Positions 42,975-51,567 of a DNA stretch of 64,000 nt are shown here, piece after piece; position 1 is the stretch's first letter, and every line of letters begins with the position of its first letter. The DNA is taken from NCBI GenBank assembly GCA_963675595.2, contig CAXXLZ010000002.1, forward strand, positions 1,888,001 to 1,952,000, written 5' to 3'. The notes under the pieces are model-generated. The model did no database searches. It saw nothing but the letters and a program-made list of their open reading frames with translations, and was not told the DNA's origin. Made by a program: the position numbers and the translations under genes. The DNA is from Thermodesulfobacteriota bacterium. Its GTDB lineage: Bacteria; Desulfobacterota; Desulfarculia; JACQYL01.

Positions 42975-43307
42975 TCAGTTCAGGAAGGCGTTGGCGGCCT
43001 CCTCGGGCACGGCGACCCGGCCTCGACCGATGTGAGCCAGGAATTGGTCCGCATAAACGCCGTCGGGTACGGGCACCACGTTCATCTTGTATCCGAAGGA
43101 ATCGGCGATGATCCTCGATCGTGTCTCCATCACGGCCTCCAGGTCCTCCAATGTGGTGCATTCCCTCTGAGCCAATATGGTGCTGTCTTGAGGGAATCGG
43201 ACGCGGCAGACCACCTTTGGACGGTTCCCGCTTTCCAGGTAAAGAACGCACAAATAGTCGATGCGCTCCCCCTTCACGAGAATGACTTTCTTCATTTGGT
43301 GATTCAT
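42975..43307 (-). CDS. Hypothetical protein
   Basis: 110 aa, GAGG upstream of the ATG, protein-like composition; no recognisable motif. Confidence 0.6.
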   Translation of the reverse strand: MNHQMKKVILVKGERIDYLCVLYLESGNRPKVVCRVRFPQDSTILAQRECTTLEDLEAVMETRSRIIADSFGYKMNVVPVPDGVYADQFLAHIGRGRVAVPEEAANAFLN

Positions 43308-43564
43308 GACGTCGCCGGACCTCTCTTGTTAAAGGTTCGGACACCGGATGACGACCGGGGGCTTCGCTCGGACGGTTGGGGAAGGCAAAGAAACTCTACA
43401 CGCAGCGTTTACACGTTTGATGGCTTAAATAGTAAGGCTCCTCCTCCTTCCTGTCAATTCACGCCCGTATCGAACCTCTAGGCCCGGCTGGAGCGATTCG
43501 GGCCGCCGTGCCCGCTGTTTCGTTTCCGCCGTCGGGTCTAATTTCGTTGACAATTCCCAACGTC

Positions 43565-43725
43565 CAAGGTTAAGAGAAAAGCAATGATCGCATCGAGGGA
43601 AGGCGGTGAAAAACCGCCACTGCCCGGCAGCTGTTAGAAGGGACGAAAGCCGGAACAAAGCCACTGTCCTTCAGAGGATGGGAAGGCCCGGCCGGTAGGA
43701 TGATCTTCGAGTCAGAAAACCTCGA
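43565..43725 (+). ncRNA. Cobalamin (B12) riboswitch
   Basis: AGGT...AGGGAAGGCGGTGAAAAACCGCCACTGCCCGGCAGCTGT...AGCCACTG...GGGAAGG...GAGTCAGAAAACCT, upstream of cbiK. Confidence 0.93.
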
Positions 43726-44046
43726 GCGAGGGAGATGAATTCCATCCTGGGAGTGGAAATAATCGATGTGTGCACGGCTTCAAAGTTCCCGGTTCGGAGT
43801 GGTCACTTCGCCGGGTTTTTCATGCCCGCCTCCCTCCGGCCTTTCCCGAATCCTCCATCTCTCGGCATCCGCCGTCCCCCAAGGAATTCCCTCCCATCCA
43901 TGTGACGCGATCACATCGCGACATTTCTTCAATTCTTGCCGCCCTTTCCTACGAAGGCGTCCTCTTTCCAAAGAGCGATCGGCTGTTCGGAACGTTGGGA
44001 GCGGCGAATCCGGTCTCGGCAATCGCCGGTTGGGATGGAACAAGCT

Positions 44047-44970
44047 ATGAATGAAGTCGGTACTCCCGTTGTTTTCGCGGCCTTCGGAACTCGAACCCGC
44101 GCCCGAATGACCTACGCCTTTATGCACCGGGAATTCTCCGCACATTTCCCGAATCACGAGATTCTTTGGGCCTACACCGCCCGCAGCATTCCCAAGACAA
44201 GAAATTCGGATTCAGGAGACCCCGTGCTGAGCGTCAAAGAAGCCCTGAGTCTTCTGGCGTCCAGAGGTCACGAACGCTGCATCCTCCAGTCCCTGCACGT
44301 CTTGCCCGCTTGGGAATTTCACCATCTGATCCGGGAAACGAGGGAATCGGGACCTCCGTTGGACGTCTCCGTGGGCGCTCCTCTGCTGGCGGGACCTTCG
44401 GACTATGTTCCCGTGCTGGAAGCCCTGGGCGCTAAGCTTGCGCCGCAAGACGGAGAAGCCGTGGTCCTTGTCGGTCACGGCACGGATCATCCGTCCGTCG
44501 CCATGTATGAAACCTTCAACGGCTTCGTCGGAAAAATGTGGGGCCCCCGGGTCTGGATGGAACTCGTCCAGTGGGCGGAGCCCCAGGAACCGATGGAAGC
44601 CAGAGCGGCACGCCTCGGGGTGGACCGCGTGCGTTTTGTTCCGTTCCTCATCGTGGCCGGAGAGCATGTCAAAAACGACGTCATGGGACCTCACGAGACG
44701 TCCTGGCGCAACCGGCTCCGGAAGGCCGGCGTCTCCTGTGTTTGTGACTGGGAAGGCCTCGGTATGCTTCCGGCGATCAGCCTCCGTTTTTCCGAACATG
44801 TAGGAACCGCCTTGAGTAATCTGTTCGCGGCCGAACGCCCCAAACGATTCAAGGGGCTGATCCTGGATGCGGCCGAAAGGTCGACACGAAATTTCCCCAA
44901 ACCGACCCGTGCGGCCTCGGGGAAAACGTCCTGCGCCAATCTGAGTCTGGTGGCCGAGACCGCCCTTTAG
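44047..44970 (+). CDS. cbiK: Sirohydrochlorin cobaltochelatase CbiK
   Basis: VFAAFGT, WAYT, LQSLHVLPAWEF, LVGHGTDH, PFLIVAGEHVKNDVMG, SWRNRL, EGLG. Confidence 0.9.
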   Translation: MNEVGTPVVFAAFGTRTRARMTYAFMHREFSAHFPNHEILWAYTARSIPKTRNSDSGDPVLSVKEALSLLASRGHERCILQSLHVLPAWEFHHLIRETRESGPPLDVSVGAPLLAGPSDYVPVLEALGAKLAPQDGEAVVLVGHGTDHPSVAMYETFNGFVGKMWGPRVWMELVQWAEPQEPMEARAARLGVDRVRFVPFLIVAGEHVKNDVMGPHETSWRNRLRKAGVSCVCDWEGLGMLPAISLRFSEHVGTALSNLFAAERPKRFKGLILDAAERSTRNFPKPTRAASGKTSCANLSLVAETAL

Positions 44971-45034
44971 GTTTCCATTCGCCCCATTGGAAGCAGGCAT
45001 CCGACGACCGGCTCACCCGTCGGTTCCTTCCACC

Positions 45035-45064
45035 AAAAAAAGCGAGGCCCAAGGGCCTCGCTTT
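45035..45064. terminator. Probably bidirectional intrinsic terminator between cbiK and the CTERM array
   Basis: AAAAAAAGCGAGGCCC-AA-GGGCCTCGCTTT. Confidence 0.85.
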
Positions 45065-45089
45065 CGTTCTTCGGCTGAATTAAGATTGC

Positions 45090-45782
45090 CTAGCTTCGGC
45101 GCCGTCTACGCAACCCCACCAGGCCCAGCAAGCCCGAGCCCAGCAGCCAAACCGCGGCGGGGACGGGAACGGAAGAGGTGGTGAGGGATACCAGCGAGTA
45201 GTCCGATCCTTTTCCCTGCGTCCACGGCACATGCTGCGGCCCATGCCTGTCAATCGGCGCCGTGAAGAGAATGCTGGTCACCGCCGTCGTTCCGAAGGGG
45301 TTGGTCAGCAGCCAAGCGCCGCCGGAGTTGTACAGGGCCGCTTCCACGTTGGACAGGGCGCCCGAACCGTCCCAGGTGCCGCTGGTATCGCCCGTGGCCT
45401 TAAGGGTGTAGACTCCGGTTTCCCCGTTGATGCTCATCCACGCACGCTCGTCGACCTTGTCGCCGTAGGCTGATTTCGGGCCGGCCGGTTCTTTCTGATA
45501 CAGAAACCCCAGGACCAATGATTCGATGATCTGGGGGGTATCGAACTCGATGAGGATCGATTCGTTCTCTCCGTCCATCTCCGTGCCCTCATACCCGGTG
45601 GTGATCCCCACACCCGTGACGCCGCCGACGGTCTTGACCGTATAGCTGCCTCCCGAAGGCGTAAGCGTGGCGCCTGAAACGTTGGACAGGTCGTCGGTGC
45701 CGAAGTTGATCGTCAGAGCGTTCGCAGCCCCCGCGAATCCCAACATCAGAATCAATATGCTCAACATGCTCCACGTTCTCAT
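45090..45782 (-). CDS. VPLPA/PEP-CTERM exosortase-sorted surface protein 1
   Basis: Signal peptide ending AANA; tail VPVPAAVWLLGSGLLGLVGLRRRRRS; start at ATG 45782 after AAGGAGAG. Confidence 0.92.
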   Translation of the reverse strand: MRTWSMLSILILMLGFAGAANALTINFGTDDLSNVSGATLTPSGGSYTVKTVGGVTGVGITTGYEGTEMDGENESILIEFDTPQIIESLVLGFLYQKEPAGPKSAYGDKVDERAWMSINGETGVYTLKATGDTSGTWDGSGALSNVEAALYNSGGAWLLTNPFGTTAVTSILFTAPIDRHGPQHVPWTQGKGSDYSLVSLTTSSVPVPAAVWLLGSGLLGLVGLRRRRRS

Positions 45783-45825
45783 GACTGCTCTCCTTTCCTG
45801 GTCTCGATTGAATTCCCGCCGCTCC

Positions 45826-45926
45826 AAAAAAAAGACGCCGAGTCGCCTATCGCGGCAACCCGGCTGTCTTCTTGAGACCCGTGGCTTTCCGTCCCCGCCT
45901 CGCGACGGGTTTGGCATGATCACGAT
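45826..45926 (-). ncRNA. c-di-GMP-I (GEMM-I) riboswitch with an overlapping terminator, copy 1
   Basis: GCCAAACCCGTCGCGAGGCGGGGACGGAAAGCCACGGGTCTC..GACAGCCGGGTTGCC, then GGCGACTCGGCGTC and a T run. Confidence 0.93.
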
Positions 45927-45941
45927 TACGCTTCTACTTCA

Positions 45942-45958
45942 GGCAACTTTCGGGCCGG
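45942..45958 (-). promoter_or_regulatory. sigma54 promoter for CTERM gene 1
   Basis: CCGGCCCGAAAGTTGCC = GG-N10-GC; predicted +1 lies just before the aptamer. Confidence 0.78.
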
Positions 45959-46226
45959 CATACTTTCGGATCGGAATATTTCATAAAGATAGGTAAATTG
46001 AAATACTTACATAACGCGCGATTTCATCCGCCGAGCGGACCCGTACGAATCGGGCATAAATTCCCTGTTTGGCCGGGAACCTTCTCCCTGAATCCCGGAA
46101 AACCCGTGGCTGAGGCTCCCGAATCTCTCCTCCGGCAAATGCCCGACACCGGGCCGAGCGCACTAAAAAAGGAGGCCCCTCTATTGGAACCTCCTGATCT
46201 TCCATCATGAAGTCGGTTTCAGACGG

Positions 46227-46958
46227 TTATTTGGCGCGCCTTCTCCGCATTCCCACCAAGCCCAACAGGCCGGAGCCCAGCAGCCAAACCGCCGCGGGAA
46301 CCGGTACCGGAGCGCCCAGGGCGATACCGCCGGACCCGCCGTACGTAAAGGTTACCTCGTCGATGCCGGAGAAGCCAAGCTCCGCCGTGGTGAACCCCTT
46401 GATGTAGTTGGCCGTGTTGTCGCCGCCCCAGTCGATGGTGGCGTCCCTGAGAGTTTTCAGGTCCGCGAAATTCCATGTGACGTCCGCGGCGGCCCCGCTG
46501 TCGGAAAACGTTACCTTGTACTTGCTCGCTTCGAACGACTCCACGTCCACCACGCTGAAGTCAAAGAAATCCAGGGGACTGTTGGAGAAGTCGATGGTGA
46601 TGACCCCGCCGGCCGACGTGTCGTTGGGCCTCGGGGGAGTATTCAGGTAATTGTTGTTTTCGGGCAAAATCATCAGATTGCCCAACGCATTGTTTTCGTA
46701 ATGGGTCGCGATGTTTCCTCCGGTCCAACCCGTATTGTACTGCAGGTCCGGGTCCGCGGTGCCGGTTTCGTTGCTGTCGAATACCACGGCAACGTCGTTG
46801 GCGTTCGAATCATAGTTGTTTACCGCGGATATACTCCCCGTGCCAACGGTGGAGATCACGTCGCCGTTTGAGTACCCGTCCAACAGGTTGGCCTGTGCGC
46901 TGGGTACGCACAGAACAAGCAGCAGCGCCGTAAATACCAAGGTGATTTTCTTTTTCAT
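46227..46958 (-). CDS. VPLPA/PEP-CTERM surface protein 2, with a different passenger domain
   Basis: Signal peptide ending SAQA; Asn/Asp/Gly-rich body; tail VPVPAAVWLLGSGLLGLVGMRRRRAK. Confidence 0.92.
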   Translation of the reverse strand: MKKKITLVFTALLLVLCVPSAQANLLDGYSNGDVISTVGTGSISAVNNYDSNANDVAVVFDSNETGTADPDLQYNTGWTGGNIATHYENNALGNLMILPENNNYLNTPPRPNDTSAGGVITIDFSNSPLDFFDFSVVDVESFEASKYKVTFSDSGAAADVTWNFADLKTLRDATIDWGGDNTANYIKGFTTAELGFSGIDEVTFTYGGSGGIALGAPVPVPAAVWLLGSGLLGLVGMRRRRAK

Positions 46959-46987
46959 CAGGTCGCCCTCCTCTCTTTCCGTATCTC

Positions 46988-47093
46988 AAAAAAATAAAAC
47001 AGCCGGATTGCCTACTTCGCGGCAACCCGGCTGTCTGCTTGAGACCCGTGGCTTTCCGTCCCCGCCTCGCGACGGGTTTGGCATGATCACGAT
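46988..47093 (-). ncRNA. c-di-GMP-I riboswitch with an overlapping terminator, copy 2
   Basis: Nearly identical to copy 1; ACAGCCGGGTTGCC can pair with downstream GGCAATCCGGCTGT, followed by a T run. Confidence 0.93.
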
Positions 47094-47108
47094 TGTGCTC
47101 CCTTCTTA

Positions 47109-47125
47109 TGCAACTTTCGGGCCGG
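47109..47125 (-). promoter_or_regulatory. sigma54 promoter for CTERM gene 2
   Basis: CCGGCCCGAAAGTTGCA = GG-N10-GC. Confidence 0.78.
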
Positions 47126-47320
47126 CATACTTTCAAATCGGAAACATTTAAAAACACATGTGAGCTAAGGTAGTTGCACAAAGAACAATTTCATCGGCCG
47201 AACAAATCGGGCGCCATTTCCCTCTTATGACGGGAAACCGCTCCCTAAATCCCGAAAGAACCGCCGTCGAGGTTCGACGCTTATTATCCCCGGCGGATGT
47301 CCCGTGACGGTCCGGAATAA

Positions 47321-49231
47321 ATCGAGTAGGAGGGTTCCTTGCGGTTCCCTCCTCTCACACCACCGGGCATACCTGCTCGGTACCACGGCGGTTTCCGTTG
47401 GACTCAAGCTTCACAAACCTTGCGGTCGGGCTGACGAGCCCCTGCTTGTCGAACCAGTCGTTGGTCATGGCGTGGCATGCCTGTGGCGTCAGGGCCTTGC
47501 GCCACCAGCCCTTGCCGGACAGCGCCATTCGCCAAGAGTTCCACTCCGGCTCTCCACGCTCCATCAGGAATTTTGCCATGGCGAAGGCTCGTTTGCATTG
47601 TTTCAATCGGAAGCAACGCAGTCTGCGCCTTATCCACGCATCCAGGTTCCCAAGCTGCCTCCGGCAGCTTGCCAGTCGGAAGTAGGTCACCCAGCCGGAC
47701 AGGAACTCGTTCAGTTTCCTGATGCACTCATCAAACGGCATGGACCGATTTCTCCGCGTCAGTTCACGTATCCGAGCCTTGGCCCGCTTCATGCTCTGGG
47801 GGGCGATCACCAGCAGCCCTTCCACATGAAGTCGGTAGCCGAGAAACTTGCGTTCCGACACGTGGGCCACCGCACTTTTGGCCCCGTTCACCCGCAGCTT
47901 AAGCCGCTTCTCCAAGAACCGTGTGATGGATTCCATAACCCGCTTTCCCGCCGCCGGGCTTTGGACGTAGATGTTGCAGTCGTCGGCATAGCGGCAGAAG
48001 CGGTGTCCCCTCCTCTCCAGTTCCTTGTCCAGGTCGTCGAGCAGGAGATTCGCCGGTAACGGCGATAATGGCCCCCCTGCGGCGTCCCTTCGTACCGGGT
48101 CACACATACGCCGTTTGTCATGATTCCCGCAGTCAGAAACCGCCGGATGATCCTCAGCAGACGTTTGTCGCCGATGCGGCGAGCGAGCCTGGACATCAGA
48201 ATGTCGTGATTGACCCGGTCGAAGAACTTCTCCAGGTCGCAATCCACGACTATCGCGCGGCCCTGTTCCACATACCGGCTTGCCTGCATCAGGGCGTCAT
48301 GTGCTCCCCTTCCAGGACGGAATCCGAAGCTGGATTCGGAAAAGGTGGGATCAAGGATTGGGGTCAACACTTGCAGGATCGCCTGTTGGATCACCCGGTC
48401 CACCGTCGTCGGAATGCCCAGTTGCCGCATTCCGCCGCCGGGTTTGGGGATGTCCACACGCTTTATGGGCTGCGGCCTGTAACTGCCCTGCATAAGCGAG
48501 GCGATCAACTCGTTCTTGTGCGTCCTTAGCCAGTCCCCAAGCTCATGGACACTCAACCCGTCCACGCCCGGCGACCCCTTGTTGGCTTTGACGCGCTGGT
48601 AGGCCTTGTTGAGGTTTGCCGGGCGGCAAATCCTCTCCATAAGGTCCTGCGCCAAGGCTCGTCCTTCGTCCGATGCCGTGGGAACTCCATGCTCCCCGTG
48701 CGCGCCCGCTCCGGTTCCGCCTTCGCCGGTTGCGCCGGGGCCTCGGGACAGCGGCTCTCCAAAAAGCTCCAGTTGCCGCTGCGGCCCTGTTTGCCGCCTC
48801 CTTGTTCCCATCGAATCTCGCGTGACTGCTCCTTGCTCCAACGGATTCGGCCCTTCAGCCGCCAAAGGCGCGGCCTACTATGGCCTCTGCTGACTGCTCC
48901 GCACCCCTCCCGGCACATCGCTGTACCGATAGCCGGGATCGTCCCGGCAGATGCGGAGAGCTCCCAGGGTAAGGCGTGACCCTTTCCCCCGGCCCTCGCC
49001 GGATTTACCTGCGCACGCGTCCGGGTGATTATGGGGCGTCCCCGTCCAATGCCGGGTTACCCCGCTGCGCCAGCCTAATTATCCGGTTTCTGTTCGTCGA
49101 GTCCGGGTTTTGCCTCCGGCTTCCTCCAGACCCCGCCTCACGACGACGCCTTTGCCATTGGCTAATGGTTCCGATCACCAAGGCCCACAGAGGACTTGCA
49201 CCTCATAAGATTCACGCCATGCCTGGCACAC
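47321..49231 (-). mobile_element. Group II intron, class IIC, about 1.9 kb
   Basis: 5' end GTGTGCCAGGCATGG directly after a terminator hairpin; 3' end has a short domain V (AACCGCCGTGGTACCG..GGTATGCCCGGTGGTGT) and domain VI (GGAGGG..CCCTCCTACTCGAT). Confidence 0.92.
47355..48865 (-). pseudogene. ltrA: Group II intron reverse transcriptase/maturase, frameshifted near 48072-48077, without an endonuclease domain
   Basis: KGSPGVDG, IPKPGGGMRQLGIPT, SFGFRPGR, DLEKFFDRV, GTPQGG in one frame and PLSPL, RYADD, FLGY, GWVTYF in the next; adding one G to the G run joins them. Confidence 0.9.
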
Positions 49232-49257
49232 AGAAAAGAGGCCCCTTCCGGGGCCTC
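49232..49257 (-). terminator. Intrinsic terminator of CTERM gene 3; the intron insertion site
   Basis: Minus strand GAGGCCCC-GGAA-GGGGCCTC-TTTTCT immediately before the intron GTGTG. Confidence 0.9.
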
Positions 49258-49298
49258 ACCGCTTTCTTTCGATGTCTCTCTACCGACGGATCGGTTAC

Positions 49299-49973
49299 TT
49301 AGCTCCTGCGACGTCTACGCAATCCCACCAGACCCAGCAATCCGGAGCCCAAGAGCCACACCGCCGCGGGAATCGGCACCGAACTGGTTTCGATGGACAT
49401 GATGGAGAAGTCGGACAACGAAGCGCTGGAGGCCGGCGAATTCACGTAGAACAGTATGCTGCTCACCGCCTTCCCATTGAAAAGGTCCGTCATCAACCAC
49501 ACACCGCCGGAACCATCTTCGCCCGGAGACACGTTGCTCCAACCTCCAATGCCGTCGGTACCGCCGGTGACTGCAGTGGTCGCGGTGTCCGCGGTGATGA
49601 AGGCGTTGGCCGATACGGGCCGGTTGGCGTAGTCCGTATCATAGCTGAAAAGAGCGGTCTCATCCACGACGTCGCCATAGTTGCCGGATGTATACAACGC
49701 CGAAATCTGCACACTGTCGATATATTGCGGCGTATCGAATGCCACCAGAACCCACTCGCCGGTACCGACTCCGTCGATTTCACCGCTCACGTTGCCGCCC
49801 TGCACGCCGTATCCCGTATACCCCTGCCATGTCCTGGAGATAATCGTTCCCGAACTGGTAATCGTAACCCCCGCCTGAGAGGCGGTCAGGTCATTGATGG
49901 TGTACGCGCCCGCCAATCCGGCCGTACCCAGCATCAAAGCCAAGCACAAAACGATCAAAGACAGCTTTTTCAT
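49299..49973 (-). CDS. VPLPA/PEP-CTERM surface protein 3, paralog of 1 and 4
   Basis: Signal peptide ending AGA; EIDG, FDTPQ, YGDVVDE, GGVWL, SDFS; tail VPIPAAVWLLGSGLLGLVGLRRRRRS. Confidence 0.92.
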   Translation of the reverse strand: MKKLSLIVLCLALMLGTAGLAGAYTINDLTASQAGVTITSSGTIISRTWQGYTGYGVQGGNVSGEIDGVGTGEWVLVAFDTPQYIDSVQISALYTSGNYGDVVDETALFSYDTDYANRPVSANAFITADTATTAVTGGTDGIGGWSNVSPGEDGSGGVWLMTDLFNGKAVSSILFYVNSPASSASLSDFSIMSIETSSVPIPAAVWLLGSGLLGLVGLRRRRRS

Positions 49974-50190
49974 GGTCTTCCTCCCTCTTCTTCAGAACAA
50001 ACTTCCAAAATTTCCAAGCTTAACCTCGATCGTCGCCGAGCCCCAGCCCAGCTTCAGGGTCCCTGAGAACTCAAGACGGAACCCATTCATTCCATTGCCG
50101 CATTCGACGATCTTCCGGCCCCATTGCCTTGCGACCTCTTCGTTATCCATCTCTATCGGGTCGCTGCGCCGCTTCATGGGATCGATCCAC

Positions 50191-50288
50191 AAAAAAAGCC
50201 GGACCGCCCCATTGTGGCAACCCGGCTGTCTTCTTGAGACCCGTGGCTTTCCGTCCCCGCCTCACGGCGGGTTTGGCTTGTTCACGTA
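50191..50288 (-). ncRNA. c-di-GMP-I riboswitch with an overlapping terminator, copy 3
   Basis: GCCAAACCCGCCGTGAGGCGGGGACGGAAAGCCACGGGTCTCAAGAAGACAGCCGGGTTGCC...GGCGGTCCGGC and a T run. Confidence 0.93.
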
Positions 50289-50308
50289 CTACCTTGCATC
50301 AATACTAT

Positions 50309-50325
50309 AGCAAATCACATACCAA
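50309..50325 (-). promoter_or_regulatory. sigma54 promoter for CTERM gene 3
   Basis: TTGGTATGTGATTTGCT = GG-N10-GC. Confidence 0.78.
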
Positions 50326-50469
50326 AAAACAAAAAAATGAAATATACAGCAACATCGGAATGTTACCCAAATATGGAGCCCTTACGGCATCAAAAAATCG
50401 GGAAATCGGGTCCGACTTCCACTGATTATCGGGAAACGATTCCGCAAAGCACTCACTTGGTCCTCCACG

Positions 50470-50493
50470 AAAAAAGGCCCCTCGCGGGGGCCT
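50470..50493 (-). terminator. Intrinsic terminator of CTERM gene 4
   Basis: Minus strand AGGCCCC-CGCGA-GGGGCCT followed by a T run. Confidence 0.75.
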
Positions 50494-50559
50494 CCGATTC
50501 ATAGGTTGGTTTGTCTTTTTATGGGGTGGTCGACTGCTCCACTGATCCTTATGCATCCG

Positions 50560-51252
50560 TTATGATCGGATCCGCCTTCGCTTCAGGCCCATCAGGCCCA
50601 GCAGTCCGGAGCCAAGGAGCCATGCGGCCGCCGGCAGCGGAACCTCCGCGGTCGCCAAAGATACCAACGCGAAGTCGGAGTTCGCGAAGCCGGGCACCTG
50701 GAACTCATTGGGAGCGGTGAACATAATGCTTGTCACCGTCGTGGTGCCGAAAGGATTGGTCAGCGTCCAAGCGCCGCCGAAGTTCTGAACGGCTTGCTCC
50801 AGGTTGCTCACCCCACCGGACCCGCTCCAGGTGGCCGTTGTCGGTCCAGTCGCTTGCAGGGTAAAAGGAGTCCCGTTGTTGTTGATATCGATCAACGCTC
50901 TTTCATTCACCTTGTCGCTGTAGATCGCTCCGGTCCCTCCATCGGAGGGGTACAGGAACCCAATGACCAACTCCGTGATGATCTGCGGTTCATCGAACAC
51001 GATCTGAATCCATTCGTTCAAACCGTCCAACTCTTTGCTTTCGTTGCCCCCCACGATACCGATGCCTGTGATGGTCCCCAGGGTTCGTACCCCGAAATTG
51101 GACGATCCCGTAATCGATCCGCCGGGTAGAAGAATATTATTCGTAGTATTATCGGCCGGAAAATCGCCGGGACCAAAGGTCAGCGCATTGGCCGCTCCGG
51201 CGAATCCCAGCATCAAGATCAAGGCGCTGAGAGTGCTGATTGTCTTTCTCAT
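50560..51252 (-). CDS. VPLPA-CTERM surface protein 4, paralog of 1
   Basis: ILMLGFAGAANALT identical to gene 1; ELDG, FDEPQII, IGFLY, YSDKVNERA, LTNPFG; tail VPLPAAAWLLGSGLLGLMGLKRRRIRS. Confidence 0.92.
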   Translation of the reverse strand: MRKTISTLSALILMLGFAGAANALTFGPGDFPADNTTNNILLPGGSITGSSNFGVRTLGTITGIGIVGGNESKELDGLNEWIQIVFDEPQIITELVIGFLYPSDGGTGAIYSDKVNERALIDINNNGTPFTLQATGPTTATWSGSGGVSNLEQAVQNFGGAWTLTNPFGTTTVTSIMFTAPNEFQVPGFANSDFALVSLATAEVPLPAAAWLLGSGLLGLMGLKRRRIRS

Positions 51253-51300
51253 GGCCCGCTTCCTTTCTTTTCCAAGCTTCGGAAAATTCTCCGGTCCCTT

Positions 51301-51390
51301 GAAAACCGGACCGCTTACCCTATTGTAAAAACCCTGCCGCCTAGTTGTACTTCATGCTTCACCTCGCGGCGGGTCGCGTTTGATCATGTC
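51301..51390 (-). other. Probable decayed c-di-GMP-I riboswitch upstream of CTERM gene 4
   Basis: Retains TGATCA, the P2-like ACCCGCCGCGAGG and terminator-like GCGGTCCGGTTTT, but lacks the GACGGAAAGCC core. Confidence 0.5.
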
Positions 51391-51567
51391 TTACATTTTA
51401 CTATAATTCCTTATAAACCGAATTCAAGATGGAAAAAACGGAACAAGCCATTCGACACAAAACACGCATTCACTTCAGTGTCTTTGTTTCCAAGCGAATG
51501 CGTACCGTCGAGCCACGAAATACCACATCCGACATGCATCGATTCAATCGGGCGTGGGTTTGCAGCC

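Noticed and set aside
45783-45923. ORF-track N-terminal extension of CTERM gene 1 (MIMPNPSRGG...) and the similar ORF at 46810-47181
   Set aside because: These frames run through the riboswitch and its terminator; the RBS and signal peptide point to a start at 45782.
45826-50290. Three near-identical ~80-bp repeats as a CRISPR array or IS ends
   Set aside because: They are kilobases apart, precede genes and match the GEMM-I riboswitch; there are no cas genes or regular spacers in the window.
45090-51252. RT next to repeated paralogous genes as a diversity-generating retroelement or retron
   Set aside because: The RT has group II intron motifs (PQGG, YADD) and lies within intron boundaries with domains V/VI; no template/variable repeat pair differing at adenines was seen.
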